The notes under the pieces are model-generated. The model saw only the letters and a program-made list of their open reading frames with translations. It ran no database searches and had not been told where the DNA came from. From positions 6,209-70,208 of the forward strand of contig JAGAEA010000022.1 of assembly GCA_017613355.1 (NCBI GenBank): 64,000 nt of DNA, given 5' to 3'. Within the stretch, counting starts at the first letter, position 1, and each line of letters begins with the position of its first letter. Source of the DNA: Clostridia bacterium. GTDB taxonomy: Bacteria > Bacillota > Clostridia > Oscillospirales > CAG-272. The position numbers were made by a program, and so were the translations under genes. This document shows positions 29,037 to 39,165 of this stretch, in pieces.

Positions 29037-29870
29037 TCAATCCCTGCTGGATGTCAAAGTGATGCGCGAAAGGTCGTTCGCAAGTATTTTTTCGGTCATC
29101 AGAAGTCCTGCCGTCATATCCGCGGCAGCAAAACCGTCCGACACCACGCGCGACTTGTCATAGTTGATCATCAAATAGATGTTCAACTCATCCTCATCAT
29201 TCCAATCTCCCGCGGTATAATTCACCGGAATTTCCAGCGTATTGATTTTGGTGTTACCGCTCACAAAGGAATATGTGTTCACCGTGTCTTTGAAGATCGG
29301 CGTATTCGTCGTATCGTTGAAGTAGGTGCCGATAACGCCGCTGTAAAGCGCGTCATTGTCCGCATAGCCGCTGTATGTGGTCGGATTCTCCACCGCCGCC
29401 GCAAAAAGCATCAGGCTGGAAAAATAACTGGAAGTTTTTTCAAGGTTGAGTTCGGTTAACCCGTCCATGATATGAGCGCGGTCGAGAACCAGCGTCATCG
29501 TTCCGCTTTCCAACGCCTGCAAACGCGGACTTGTCAGCGTAATACGCACAATCACGGGGTTATCTTTATTCCGCGCGAGAAATATGGTATCATAGGTGCG
29601 GAACTTTACTTCGTCGCTGATCCGCTGGCTACTGTTGACGGTTTCGTCCTCCCCTTTGAGGTAAACGACGTAATCGACCTCCGCGTCATCGACGTTTGAA
29701 CGGATCGCCATATCGTTGGAGTTGGTCCTCCGGTTATTGGAGTACCATGCCATGGAAGTTGTTGCCGCGATCAGAATAGCTCCGCTCACGATCATGCCGA
29801 CAAACGCATACGCCAGCTTCGTGACCTTCGCTTTCGGCACTCTTTTGAACAGCTTGACCAATCCCTTCAT
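29037..29870 (-). CDS. Secreted protein with SipW-class-like signal peptide
   Basis: Basic N-terminus, hydrophobic helix, then TTSMAWY; AGGAGGT RBS. Confidence 0.7.
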   Translation of the reverse strand: MKGLVKLFKRVPKAKVTKLAYAFVGMIVSGAILIAATTSMAWYSNNRRTNSNDMAIRSNVDDAEVDYVVYLKGEDETVNSSQRISDEVKFRTYDTIFLARNKDNPVIVRITLTSPRLQALESGTMTLVLDRAHIMDGLTELNLEKTSSYFSSLMLFAAAVENPTTYSGYADNDALYSGVIGTYFNDTTNTPIFKDTVNTYSFVSGNTKINTLEIPVNYTAGDWNDEDELNIYLMINYDKSRVVSDGFAAADMTAGLLMTEKILANDLSRITLTSSRD

Positions 29871-29898
29871 GCGGCACACCTCCTTCCTTTCCGGTAAC

Positions 29899-29998
29899 AA
29901 AAAAACAGCCGATTGCAACATCTTGTTTGCAACCGGCTGTCTCTTTCGGGACCCTATGGCTTTGCGTCACAGCCTTGCGACTGTTTTGCCCTTTATTC
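29899..29998 (-). promoter_or_regulatory. c-di-GMP-I (GEMM-I) riboswitch with overlapping intrinsic terminator
   Basis: GGGCAAAACAGTC-GCAA-GGCTGTGACGCAAAGCCATAGGGTCC...GACAGCCGGTTGC, then gcaatcggctg-TTTTTTT; TTGACA-N17-TATAAT promoter at 30011-30039. Confidence 0.88.
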
Positions 29999-30064
29999 TT
30001 ATTTACAATTATTATAACAGCTCTTTCTCGGCTTGTCAACTCTTTTTTGAAAATTTGTAAATCG

Positions 30065-30955
30065 TCAACAAACAAGAGGCTCCGAATATGCCCCGGATTT
30101 GTGCAATTGTGCAAGTTCTTCTATGACGCTTTCGCGATCTTCCCGATAAGTAATCCCAAACCAACGGTCGGGGGACGCCTCGGCGCGAACGGTCAGTTTC
30201 CCCGCGTGAAGCAAGTCGTCAACCATGATGGGAAGCAAGCATTCGGCTTTCAGTTCATCGGGCGCGAGCGAGCGCAAAAAGTCCTCGAAATAGGTCTGCA
30301 TCACGGGAACGAACGCGGGATGAAAGCCCCAAACGTTCATGGAAACTACCTCGTCCGGCGAGAGCGCCCCCGCATCCGACGTAATGGAACCGTCGGCGGC
30401 GTATTGAATGTTTTTGGTCTCGTTCACCTTTTCGAGCAAACCGCCGCGGATCCGGCATACGCCGCGCGTCACACCGCCGTTTTTGCTCATCGTGTTTCCG
30501 AGCACGTAAGGCACCATGACCGCGTCGCCCGCGCCCTTCAATCCGTCGAGCAACGGAATGAGAATGCGATAGGCGTCCTTGCCGTAATAATCATCGGCGT
30601 TGATCGTGGCAAACGGAGAATCGAGATACTTTGCCGCCGCGAGGACCGCGTGAACCGTTCCGAGCGGCTTGACGCGGTCGGCGGGGACTTGATAGAAAGC
30701 GGGGATCGTGGTTTCGTCCTGCACGGCATAATCAAACCTCACCTTGCCGTACCGACCGTCAAAGCGTGCACGTACCGTTTCCACCATGTCCTGTTTGAGA
30801 ATGAACACAATATGGTCAAATCCCGCCGAAACGGCGTCATAGACCGAATATTCCATCAAAAATTCGCCGCGCGGTCCGACGTTGGAAACCTGTTTGTTTC
30901 CGCCGAAACGGCTGCCGAGCCCCGCCGCGAGAACCACCAAAGTCGCTTTACTCAT
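30065..30955 (-). CDS. Sugar-phosphate nucleotidyltransferase
   Basis: VVLAAGLGSRFGGNKQ, KPLGTVHAV, INADDYYG, RGVC, SMNVWGF, WFGITY. Confidence 0.88.
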   Translation of the reverse strand: MSKATLVVLAAGLGSRFGGNKQVSNVGPRGEFLMEYSVYDAVSAGFDHIVFILKQDMVETVRARFDGRYGKVRFDYAVQDETTIPAFYQVPADRVKPLGTVHAVLAAAKYLDSPFATINADDYYGKDAYRILIPLLDGLKGAGDAVMVPYVLGNTMSKNGGVTRGVCRIRGGLLEKVNETKNIQYAADGSITSDAGALSPDEVVSMNVWGFHPAFVPVMQTYFEDFLRSLAPDELKAECLLPIMVDDLLHAGKLTVRAEASPDRWFGITYREDRESVIEELAQLHKSGAYSEPLVC

Positions 30956-31157
30956 GTTGAAAGGGATCCTTTCGATTTTTTCTTCTTCCGTGTATTGACG
31001 GATTTTCTTGAAACACATTATACCACAAGTCGGGGAAAATGTCAAGAAGGTCGGAAGCCGAACACACATTTGCCCGTCTGTTTTTGCTTTTTTATTGACA
31101 AATCCGAAAGAAAGTGGTATAATAATTGTGTATTTGCATTTCAAGGAGGCGGCGGCT

Positions 31158-31739
31158 TTGGCAAAGGTACATTGGAAAGGAAGCACATTGCTTGCCCCCG
31201 TTCCGCCCGCAATGGTGACCTGTTCCCGCGGGGACGAGATCAACATTATCACCGTTGCGTGGACGGGGATCGTGAACAGCCAACCGCCCAAAACCTACAT
31301 TTCGGTTCGCCCCTCCCGCCATTCCCACGAAATGATCCGTGCATCGCGCGAGTTTGCAATCCACCTCACACCGAAAAAATTGGTTCGCGCCGCCGATTGG
31401 TGCGGCATCCATACGGGCGCAAAGGTAAACAAATTCGAGCGGTGTCACCTAACCCCCGAACCCGCGAGCGTGATTTCCGCGCCGCTCATTGCGGAGTGCC
31501 CCGTCGCTTTGGAATGCCGCGTGACCGACGTCATCCCGCTCGGCTCTCATGATATGTTCCTTGCCGACATCGTTGCCGTGGACGCGGACGAACGTTTGCT
31601 CGACGGCGAAGGCAAGCTCCGCATGGAACGCGCCGACCTCGTCGCCTACGCGCACGGCGACTACTATGAACTCGGTCGGCGCTTGGGCGCGTTCGGTTTT
31701 TCCGTTGCAAAAAAACGACCGGGATCCAAAAAATCCTGA
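31158..31739 (+). CDS. Flavin reductase family protein
   Basis: APVPPAMVTC, NIITVAWTG, PLIAECPVALEC, LGSHDMF; consensus promoter at 31095-31123. Confidence 0.9.
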   Translation: MAKVHWKGSTLLAPVPPAMVTCSRGDEINIITVAWTGIVNSQPPKTYISVRPSRHSHEMIRASREFAIHLTPKKLVRAADWCGIHTGAKVNKFERCHLTPEPASVISAPLIAECPVALECRVTDVIPLGSHDMFLADIVAVDADERLLDGEGKLRMERADLVAYAHGDYYELGRRLGAFGFSVAKKRPGSKKS

Positions 31740-31761
31740 CGCAGAAAAGGATAATACAGTC

Positions 31762-33192
31762 ATGCAACTATATAATTCGCTGACCCATACCAAAGAGGAA
31801 TTCGTTCCGAACGAGGCGGGCAAAGTCGGTATGTATACCTGCGGCCCCACCGTTTATCATTATGCCCACATCGGCAATCTCCGGACCTACATGATGGAGG
31901 ACATCCTCGACCGCTATCTCCGCTACATCGGCTACGACGTGACCCGCGTGATGAACATTACCGACGTGGGACACCTTTCCTCGGACGCCGACACGGGCGA
32001 GGACAAAATGCTCAAAGGCGCGCGCCGCGAACATAAGTCGGTCATGGAGATCGCAAAATTCTATACCGATCGTTTCTTTGACGACTGCCGCAAACTCAAC
32101 ATCCGACGTCCCGAGGTCGTCCAACCCGCAACGGGCTGCATCGACGATTTTATCAAGGTCATTTCTTCTTTGATCGAAAAAGGCTATGCCTACCTCTCGG
32201 GTGGAAACGTATATTTCGACACGTCCAAACTCAAACAGTACTATGTGTTCCACAATTTCGAGGAAGAAGATCTCGCCGTTGGCGTCCGCGAAGGCGTGGA
32301 AGAAGACGGCAACAAGCGCAACAAAGCGGATTTCGTTCTCTGGTTTACCAAGTCCAAATTCGACGACCAGGAACTCAAATGGGACAGTCCTTGGGGCGTC
32401 GGTTACCCGGGGTGGCACATTGAATGTTCCTGTATCAGCATGAAGTATCTCGGCGGGAAGTTGGACATTCACTGCGGCGGCATTGACAACGCCTTCCCCC
32501 ACCATACCAACGAAATCGCCCAATCCGAGGCGTATCTCGGGCATAAATGGTGCAATTATTGGTTCCATGTGCTCCACCTGAACACCGCAACCGGCAAAAT
32601 GAGCAAATCGAGCGGCGAATTTCTCACGCTCTCCCTGCTCGAAGAAAAAGGATACGACCCCATGGTCTATCGCTTCTTCTGCCTGCAATCGCATTACCGC
32701 AAATCGCTCGTGTTCTCCTACGAAAACCTCGACAACGCCAAAACCGCGTATGCCAAACTGCTCGCAAAAATCGCGCAGTTGAAAGATGACGGAGAGATCG
32801 ACCAAACGGTATTCGAGGCGCAAAAAGCAAACTTTGTCAAGGCGCTCGACAACGATCTGAACACATCGCTCGCCGTCACCGCGGTTTATGACGTACTCAA
32901 AGCGCCCGCCAACGACGCTACCAAGCTCGCGCTCCTGCGTGAATTCGACGTCGTGCTGCAACTGGACCTGATCGAAGGCGCGAAAGCGCTTCGATCGGAA
33001 CAGACCGTTCCGACATCCGCACCCGACAGCGATCTTGCCCGCGAAATCGAGGAGCAAATCGCCGCGCGCCGCGCCGCGAAAGCCGCGAAGAATTATGCCG
33101 AAGCCGACCGCATCCGAAACGAGCTCGCCGCGCGCGGTGTGACCCTGATCGACACCAAAGACGGTACCACCTACCGCATTGAACAGTCATGA
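31762..33192 (+). CDS. cysS: Cysteine--tRNA ligase
   Basis: MYTCGPTVY, HIGN, PGWHIECS, FPHHTNE, KMSKS. Confidence 0.96.
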   Translation: MQLYNSLTHTKEEFVPNEAGKVGMYTCGPTVYHYAHIGNLRTYMMEDILDRYLRYIGYDVTRVMNITDVGHLSSDADTGEDKMLKGARREHKSVMEIAKFYTDRFFDDCRKLNIRRPEVVQPATGCIDDFIKVISSLIEKGYAYLSGGNVYFDTSKLKQYYVFHNFEEEDLAVGVREGVEEDGNKRNKADFVLWFTKSKFDDQELKWDSPWGVGYPGWHIECSCISMKYLGGKLDIHCGGIDNAFPHHTNEIAQSEAYLGHKWCNYWFHVLHLNTATGKMSKSSGEFLTLSLLEEKGYDPMVYRFFCLQSHYRKSLVFSYENLDNAKTAYAKLLAKIAQLKDDGEIDQTVFEAQKANFVKALDNDLNTSLAVTAVYDVLKAPANDATKLALLREFDVVLQLDLIEGAKALRSEQTVPTSAPDSDLAREIEEQIAARRAAKAAKNYAEADRIRNELAARGVTLIDTKDGTTYRIEQS

Positions 33193-33767
33193 CACAGAAG
33201 CAAAAGAATTTTTGGAAAAACCTTTGGGAATTTCTCGTCTATTCGTGGGTAGGACTCGCAACCACGTTTGTCTCCTACGGCATCCGTTCGCTGATCCTCT
33301 ACACCTTCGCTTCCATGCAGGGCATCGATCTCAATTCCACCGACCCCGCCATGGTGGGAGCAAGCTCCGCGCTCCGATCCGCGGCGCAAACGGCGGGATG
33401 GGTCGGAGGCGTCCTTTTCGCCTTTCTGCCAAATAAAATTCTGGTGTTTCGCGATCGGAGATGGGGCGTCAAACATACGTTTTTACAGCTCGGTACGTTT
33501 GTGGTCTCCCGCATCGGAACCTATTTTCTCGAACTCGGGCTGGCGGTGCTTCTCCCGATCACACTCAACCACTTCCACTACAAAGCGTTCCGCTTCGTTG
33601 GCGTGGACTTCACCGCCGACATTCTGACCATGGTGATCTCGATCATCCTCGTGACGGCGATCAACTACCTGATCGGGAAACTGGTCGTGTTCCGCAAGGA
33701 CAAACAACCGCCCGTTGTCGAGAAAACGTTTGCGGAAATTCCAACCGAACGCGCGCAGGATCCGTGA
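33189..33767 (+). CDS. GtrA family membrane protein
   Basis: Four TM helices; FAFLPNKILVF and INYLIGKLVVF motifs. Confidence 0.75.
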   Translation: MTQKQKNFWKNLWEFLVYSWVGLATTFVSYGIRSLILYTFASMQGIDLNSTDPAMVGASSALRSAAQTAGWVGGVLFAFLPNKILVFRDRRWGVKHTFLQLGTFVVSRIGTYFLELGLAVLLPITLNHFHYKAFRFVGVDFTADILTMVISIILVTAINYLIGKLVVFRKDKQPPVVEKTFAEIPTERAQDP

Positions 33768-34030
33768 ACCCGAAAGCAAAGAAAAGGCAGCCCCTTTGAG
33801 AGAGTCTGCCTTTTCTTGTTTCGGTTTTTATTCCGTACGCTTTGCGCGGACATAAAAAAGTATTTATCGATCATATTCTCCGTATTGCCTGCTTTTTTGA
33901 CAAAAACTACAAATCGGGGAAAACCACTTGACAAAATATTATGATTACAGTATAATAGTAGTACGGTTTTATAGAAATATCATTTCGTGTCTGTTTGACT
34001 CGGCAATACCAATTTAAGAGAAGGAATGTT

Positions 34031-35926
34031 ATGTTAAAAATAATTCGGTTGCGTTATAGAAGAAAATTGATCCTGTTTGCTTTTGACTTTTTATGTTTTT
34101 CGGTAATTGCCGCGCTATATTACACCGCTACTCGTTTGATCGATCAAACGCTTCTGTACCAACCAAACAATTATATCATCAACTCCGCCATTCTGATTGC
34201 GTCCGTTCTCGCTTTTCGCATCGGGTTCGGGATCTATTTTAACATTTGGCGCTATACCAGCACCCGTTATAATTTGATGATAATTGTGGCGGACGCGTTC
34301 GGCGGCGTTTTTGCCATGCTGATCAGCAAAATTGCAGGGCAATATCGCGGAATTTGGTTTTTCGTTACCGTTGCGGCTTTAAATGCGCTTCTTGCACTTA
34401 CTTCTCGTTTTTGCTATCGCATTCTCTACAAACATCTCACACAGATCAATGATGTGGATTCCGTCGGAAACAAAATATCGGTCGCTATTGTAGGAGCAGG
34501 ACAAACGGGCGTTCTGTTGGCAGAAGAATTGTTATATCATAAGTCCTCCATTTACAAGCCGTTGTTCTTTATTGACCGAGATCATGCAAAAGTCGGAAAT
34601 CGGATCGCGGGATTAAAGGTATACTATGAGGATGGAAACATTTTAGATGTCATCCAAAAAAACGGGATTAGTGAAATATTTATTGCCTTGACCGATCTGG
34701 ACAAGGAAAAAACCGCCAATCTTTACCATCTTTACAGTAAAACCTCCTGCAAGATCAAGCTTTACGATATTCCGATCAAAAACATCGGCAGAAACGAAGG
34801 CGAAAACATCAAGCGCGCTTTGCGCGAAATTCAAATCGAGGATTTGTTATTTCGCAAGCCGATTGAAATCAACAACAGCGATACCTATGCGTTTTACCGT
34901 GATAAAGTCGTTTTGGTCACGGGCGGCGGGGGAAGTATCGGCAGTGAGCTTTGCAGACAGATTGCAAAGTGCTCTCCGAAACAACTGATCATTTTGGATA
35001 TTTACGAAAACAATGCCTATGAAATTCAACAGGAGCTTATTCGAAACTATAAAAGCGCCCTTGATTTGAAAGTGGTGATTGCCTCGGTTCGCGACAGAGC
35101 CCGTCTGGATGCAATATTCCAAGAATATCGCCCAGAAATCGTATTCCATGCTGCCGCGCACAAGCATGTCCCCATGATGGAAAACAACGCTTGCGAAGCA
35201 ATTAAAAACAATATATTCGGAACGGTTAACGCCGCAGATATGTCAGAAAAATACGGCGTTCAAAAATTCATTTTAATTTCCACCGATAAAGCAGTCAACC
35301 CGACCAACGTGATGGGAGCTTCCAAACGGCTTTGCGAAATGATCATACAAAGCCGCACTGATAGCTCCACCATCTTCTCGGCCGTTCGATTTGGTAATGT
35401 ATTGGGTTCCAATGGATCTGTTATCCCGCTTTTTCGAAGCCAAATTGAAGCCGGAGGACCCGTCACCATTACCGACAAGCGAATCGTTCGCTACTTTATG
35501 ACAATACCGGAAGCCAGCCAACTGGTGATCCGAACCGGTGCCATGGCAAAAGGCGGGGAACTCTATGTCCTTGACATGGGAAAACCGATCCTCATTTATG
35601 ATCTTGCCATCAACATGATCCGCCTTGCGGGACTGACCCCCAATATAGATATTCAAATCGAGGAGATTGGATTGCGACCGGGTGAAAAGCTCTACGAGGA
35701 GCTTCTGATCAAAGATGAAACTTTGAGTAAAACCGAAGACAACATGATTTTTGTTGAGCAGGACACCTCTCTTCCCCGCATGGAAATCCAGAAAAAGTTA
35801 AACATTTTATCCCGAGTGCTCAAAGAAAGCGAACAAAAAGTCGACTCGACCCCCATTAAGCTCGCTCTGCATGAGATCGTGCCGACTTTTCGCCCACCGG
35901 AAGAAATCAATTGCAACGTAAATTGA
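34031..35926 (+). CDS. Membrane-anchored UDP-sugar 4,6-dehydratase (CapD/PglF-like)
   Basis: N-terminal TMs, VTGGGGSIGSEL, HAAAHKHVP, STDKAVNPTNVMGASKR, RFGNVLGSNGS; TTGACA-N17-TATAAT at 33928-33956. Confidence 0.93.
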   Translation: MLKIIRLRYRRKLILFAFDFLCFSVIAALYYTATRLIDQTLLYQPNNYIINSAILIASVLAFRIGFGIYFNIWRYTSTRYNLMIIVADAFGGVFAMLISKIAGQYRGIWFFVTVAALNALLALTSRFCYRILYKHLTQINDVDSVGNKISVAIVGAGQTGVLLAEELLYHKSSIYKPLFFIDRDHAKVGNRIAGLKVYYEDGNILDVIQKNGISEIFIALTDLDKEKTANLYHLYSKTSCKIKLYDIPIKNIGRNEGENIKRALREIQIEDLLFRKPIEINNSDTYAFYRDKVVLVTGGGGSIGSELCRQIAKCSPKQLIILDIYENNAYEIQQELIRNYKSALDLKVVIASVRDRARLDAIFQEYRPEIVFHAAAHKHVPMMENNACEAIKNNIFGTVNAADMSEKYGVQKFILISTDKAVNPTNVMGASKRLCEMIIQSRTDSSTIFSAVRFGNVLGSNGSVIPLFRSQIEAGGPVTITDKRIVRYFMTIPEASQLVIRTGAMAKGGELYVLDMGKPILIYDLAINMIRLAGLTPNIDIQIEEIGLRPGEKLYEELLIKDETLSKTEDNMIFVEQDTSLPRMEIQKKLNILSRVLKESEQKVDSTPIKLALHEIVPTFRPPEEINCNVN

Positions 35927-36540
35927 CTTCAAAGTTTAGACAGATTAATTATTGAATTATTGACGAATGAGCTTGGAAATATACCAGGCTCATTTCTTAT
36001 GTAACCTAAGTAAAAACCACTTTAACAGCGCCAATCGTCAAAACATCTTAGACAAAAAATGAATAAAACAAATTTACCCACAGCTTTTTAATATAATTAT
36101 GTACTGTTCTAAAATCTTGTTTTCTCCAGCCAAAACTATGCATTCAATATAAAATTATTGAGCAATGCAGATAATTAGTTTTTTTAATGCAACATCTGTA
36201 AATGCATTTTGCGTACAAACATTGATGAGAACATCGCATTCATTTGCCAAATTTTTTAACTCTTGTTTATATTCCTTTTTTGCCAAGATCAAAACCATTT
36301 TTTGTCTTTCAAGTTTTATAGGGCATTCCGATTTTACCGGATTTTCGGGGACGCTGAAAGACGGCGAAAACCCGCACGGTTGAGCCGTTTCCAGCCGTTT
36401 TCACATTCGAACCGCTTCCCCACGTTTTTGCAAATCCCGCCAATTCTAATGGATTTTTCCAATGATTTTAGAAAAAGCGTTAGAAAGAGGAAAATTCGGA
36501 AAGTCGGGGCTATCCGCGCGGCGGCCGCGTCCGGAAAGGA

Positions 36541-36636
36541 TCAATCCGACTTGTGAACCTGAAACAAACACATGGTAAACACGCCAAACATACCGCCCAA
36601 CCACAGCCCGAGCAGAAAAACAAGCGCCAGTTTCAC
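36541..36636 (-). CDS. 31-aa membrane peptide (DUF3789-like), absent from the ORF track
   Basis: GGAGGTG RBS, GTG start, MKLALVFLLGLWLGGMFGVFTMCLFQVHKSD. Confidence 0.6.
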   Translation of the reverse strand: MKLALVFLLGLWLGGMFGVFTMCLFQVHKSD

Positions 36637-36728
36637 GAAACCTCACCTCCATCATTCGGTGGTGATTATTGTGCCCAGGTATCGACTGCGGCATACGTTC
36701 GGACGGTTTCGGATTTCATTTGTTTTTT

Positions 36729-37868
36729 CTATTTCAATCCCACAGCACGCAAAAGTTCTTCCGTGGAACGGATCTTGTTCGGATCCTGGTTCATTGTGGC
36801 TTTCCAACGCGAGCGCACTCGTTTGCGATTCTTTCCGAACAGTTTGGAGAAGAACCGATGAATGTAGCAGAACAGCAATAAAATTTTGTGCTTGCGCAGA
36901 CTGGGGTACAGCACCCGCATCGTCCGAAAAGGCGGAAAAGCCATGCTCCAAAGATAGCGGAATTTTCCTTTTTTCCGCACAGCCCCCGCCGCGTTGCTGT
37001 TTTCCGAGTTTCCGTAAACACCGCCGGAAAGGATATAGGATTCCATCTGCCGCGTCAAGTCGGTGTGTTCCTTCCCTTCCAGCCAGACGTCTGTCAGGTC
37101 ATTCACAGCAAGATAGAAGGAAATCAAATCGCATTTGCGTAACAACGGCAGGATCTTCTCGTCCACACAATACCCGTTTTTCCGCAGGATCCAAAGATCC
37201 AGAAACGGCTTGATCCCGCAACCGCCCGCAACAAAATGGTAACTCATGTGGGCAATATGGTGGAACAGGTAAAACTCCGGCGTTTCACGGTACTCCATAT
37301 CATCGATTTTTTCGATGTGTTTCCACACGTCGGAAAGCAAGCCGTCGATCTGCTCCATGTTCTCCTGAATATTGAAATGGAGTTCCAGATGTACACCACC
37401 GTAGAAGAAAGATTGATCGTGGTAGTTCCGTACTCCATCGGTCGTAAACCCGACGTCGGTCAATTCCTGTGACGCCTTTTCAAGATCGTCCTCGTGGATC
37501 AGAATGTCAATATCGCAACTGGTCCGCATCCACGGCTCCGGGTAAAACGAACGGATAACCGCGCCTTTGAGCGGCACAAACGGGATACGACCATGTTGTA
37601 GCGCCTCGCAAATGCGCTTGGTGGTCGTTGTCAGTTGGATCTCGCGGTAAACGGCCATCATGTGTGCGTTTTCAAATGCCGCACGAATTTTTTCGTCCTC
37701 CGACAACAGATGGTTCTTGGAGAGCGCATCCGCCGCTAAATGCGCCATGTCATGGTGCTTGGCGAGTCGGTAAAGCGCGACAGGGTCAAAGGAAAAGTCC
37801 CCCTCCGGCAACGACGTGCCGCAGATTTCATATTGTAACAGATGGAACAAAACTTGTTCGGTCGTCAT
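36729..37868 (-). CDS. Uncharacterised nucleotidyltransferase (NTP_transf_5-like)
   Basis: LKGAVIRSFYPEPWMRTSCDIDILI, LELHF, HFVAGGCGIKPFLDL. Confidence 0.85.
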   Translation of the reverse strand: MTTEQVLFHLLQYEICGTSLPEGDFSFDPVALYRLAKHHDMAHLAADALSKNHLLSEDEKIRAAFENAHMMAVYREIQLTTTTKRICEALQHGRIPFVPLKGAVIRSFYPEPWMRTSCDIDILIHEDDLEKASQELTDVGFTTDGVRNYHDQSFFYGGVHLELHFNIQENMEQIDGLLSDVWKHIEKIDDMEYRETPEFYLFHHIAHMSYHFVAGGCGIKPFLDLWILRKNGYCVDEKILPLLRKCDLISFYLAVNDLTDVWLEGKEHTDLTRQMESYILSGGVYGNSENSNAAGAVRKKGKFRYLWSMAFPPFRTMRVLYPSLRKHKILLLFCYIHRFFSKLFGKNRKRVRSRWKATMNQDPNKIRSTEELLRAVGLK

Positions 37869-37908
37869 CGGAAAAAGGACTCCTTTCTGCTGAAACTTTT
37901 CACCGATT

Positions 37909-39123
37909 TTATTCTTTTACAACCTCAAAAAACGTATCCGGTCGATCCTTGTTGAAAATCTCGTTACAGGTCATCACGGTCACGAGGTTTTCGGTTTCGG
38001 ATAGGTTGATGATGTTATGCGTCCAACCGGGGATCATATAAACCGCCTCGATCTTGTCACCGCTCACCTCAAACTCCACGAACTCGCCGGTGTTGATGTT
38101 CCGCTCCTGGATCAGCCCGTGTCCGCTGACAACGATGAACTGCTCCCATTTGGAGTTGTGCCAATGGTTACCCTTCGTAATGCCCGGCTTGGAAATGTTG
38201 ATGGACACCTGCCCGCAATCGAGCGTGTGGACCAGTTCGGTGAAACTTCCGCGGTCGTCTACGTTCATTTTCAGGACATACTTGAACTTCTCTTTCGGCA
38301 GATAGGAAAGATAGAGCGAAAACAGTTTCTTCGCAAAACTGCCGTCCGGCATTTTCGGGATCATCAAAGTTGCCGGCTGCGCCTTGAATTCCTGCAACAG
38401 GTCGACGATCTCTCCAAGCGTGACCTTGTGCGTGACCGGGACGAAACAGAACCTGCCGTCCGCCTGCGGGACGGTCTCCACGCCGTCGAACTCGCAATGG
38501 CATTCCTTCCCTTCCAGCAGGTCGAACATCCCTTCCACAAGGTCGTCGATGTAGAGGAGTTCCAACTCGGTGGAGCGGTCGTTCACCGTGAAGGGCTCGT
38601 CGTTGGCGACCGCCCAACAGAAGGTGGAAACCGCGCTGTTGTACTTCGGGCGGCTATGCCCCATCAGGTTCGGGAAACGGTAGACAGCGACCTTCACGCC
38701 GTTCTCCTTCCCATAGTCGAAAAACAGATCCTCGCCCGCCTTTTTGCTCCTGCCGTACTCGGAATTGCCGAACCGACCGGCGAGCGTCGCCTGAATGGAC
38801 GACGAGAGCATGATGGGGGCTTTGTTGCCGTGCTTTTTCAGCGTTTCCAGAAGCGTGGAAGCGAAGCCGAAATTCCCTTTCATGAAATCCTCGGGATTTT
38901 CGGGACGGTTCACCCCGGCAAGGTTGAAGACGAAATCGCACTTTGAGCAATACGCGTCCAGCATCTTTTCGTCGCCGAGGTCGTATTCAAAAATATCTTC
39001 AATACAGAGGTTCGGGCGAGTCTTGTTTTTGCCGTCGCGGATGTTTTTCAGGTTGTTGACCAAAGCGGTCCCGACCATGCCGCGAGCGCCTGTGACAAGG
39101 ATTTTCATTGATCTTTTCTCCAT
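37909..39123 (-). CDS. fnlB: UDP-L-FucNAc pathway reductase/epimerase (FnlB/CapF/WbjC-like)
   Basis: LVTGARGMVG, LAGVNRP, YGRSK and a C-terminal cupin (KGNHWHNSKWE). Confidence 0.88.
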   Translation of the reverse strand: MEKRSMKILVTGARGMVGTALVNNLKNIRDGKNKTRPNLCIEDIFEYDLGDEKMLDAYCSKCDFVFNLAGVNRPENPEDFMKGNFGFASTLLETLKKHGNKAPIMLSSSIQATLAGRFGNSEYGRSKKAGEDLFFDYGKENGVKVAVYRFPNLMGHSRPKYNSAVSTFCWAVANDEPFTVNDRSTELELLYIDDLVEGMFDLLEGKECHCEFDGVETVPQADGRFCFVPVTHKVTLGEIVDLLQEFKAQPATLMIPKMPDGSFAKKLFSLYLSYLPKEKFKYVLKMNVDDRGSFTELVHTLDCGQVSINISKPGITKGNHWHNSKWEQFIVVSGHGLIQERNINTGEFVEFEVSGDKIEAVYMIPGWTHNIINLSETENLVTVMTCNEIFNKDRPDTFFEVVKE

Positions 39124-39165
39124 ATTTTTTGTTGCACGGAATGGCCGCACCTCTCGACGGTCCGA

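Noticed and set aside
31124-31761. T-box leader for cysS
   Set aside because: cysS follows the flavin reductase gene by 22 bp; no T-box consensus seen.
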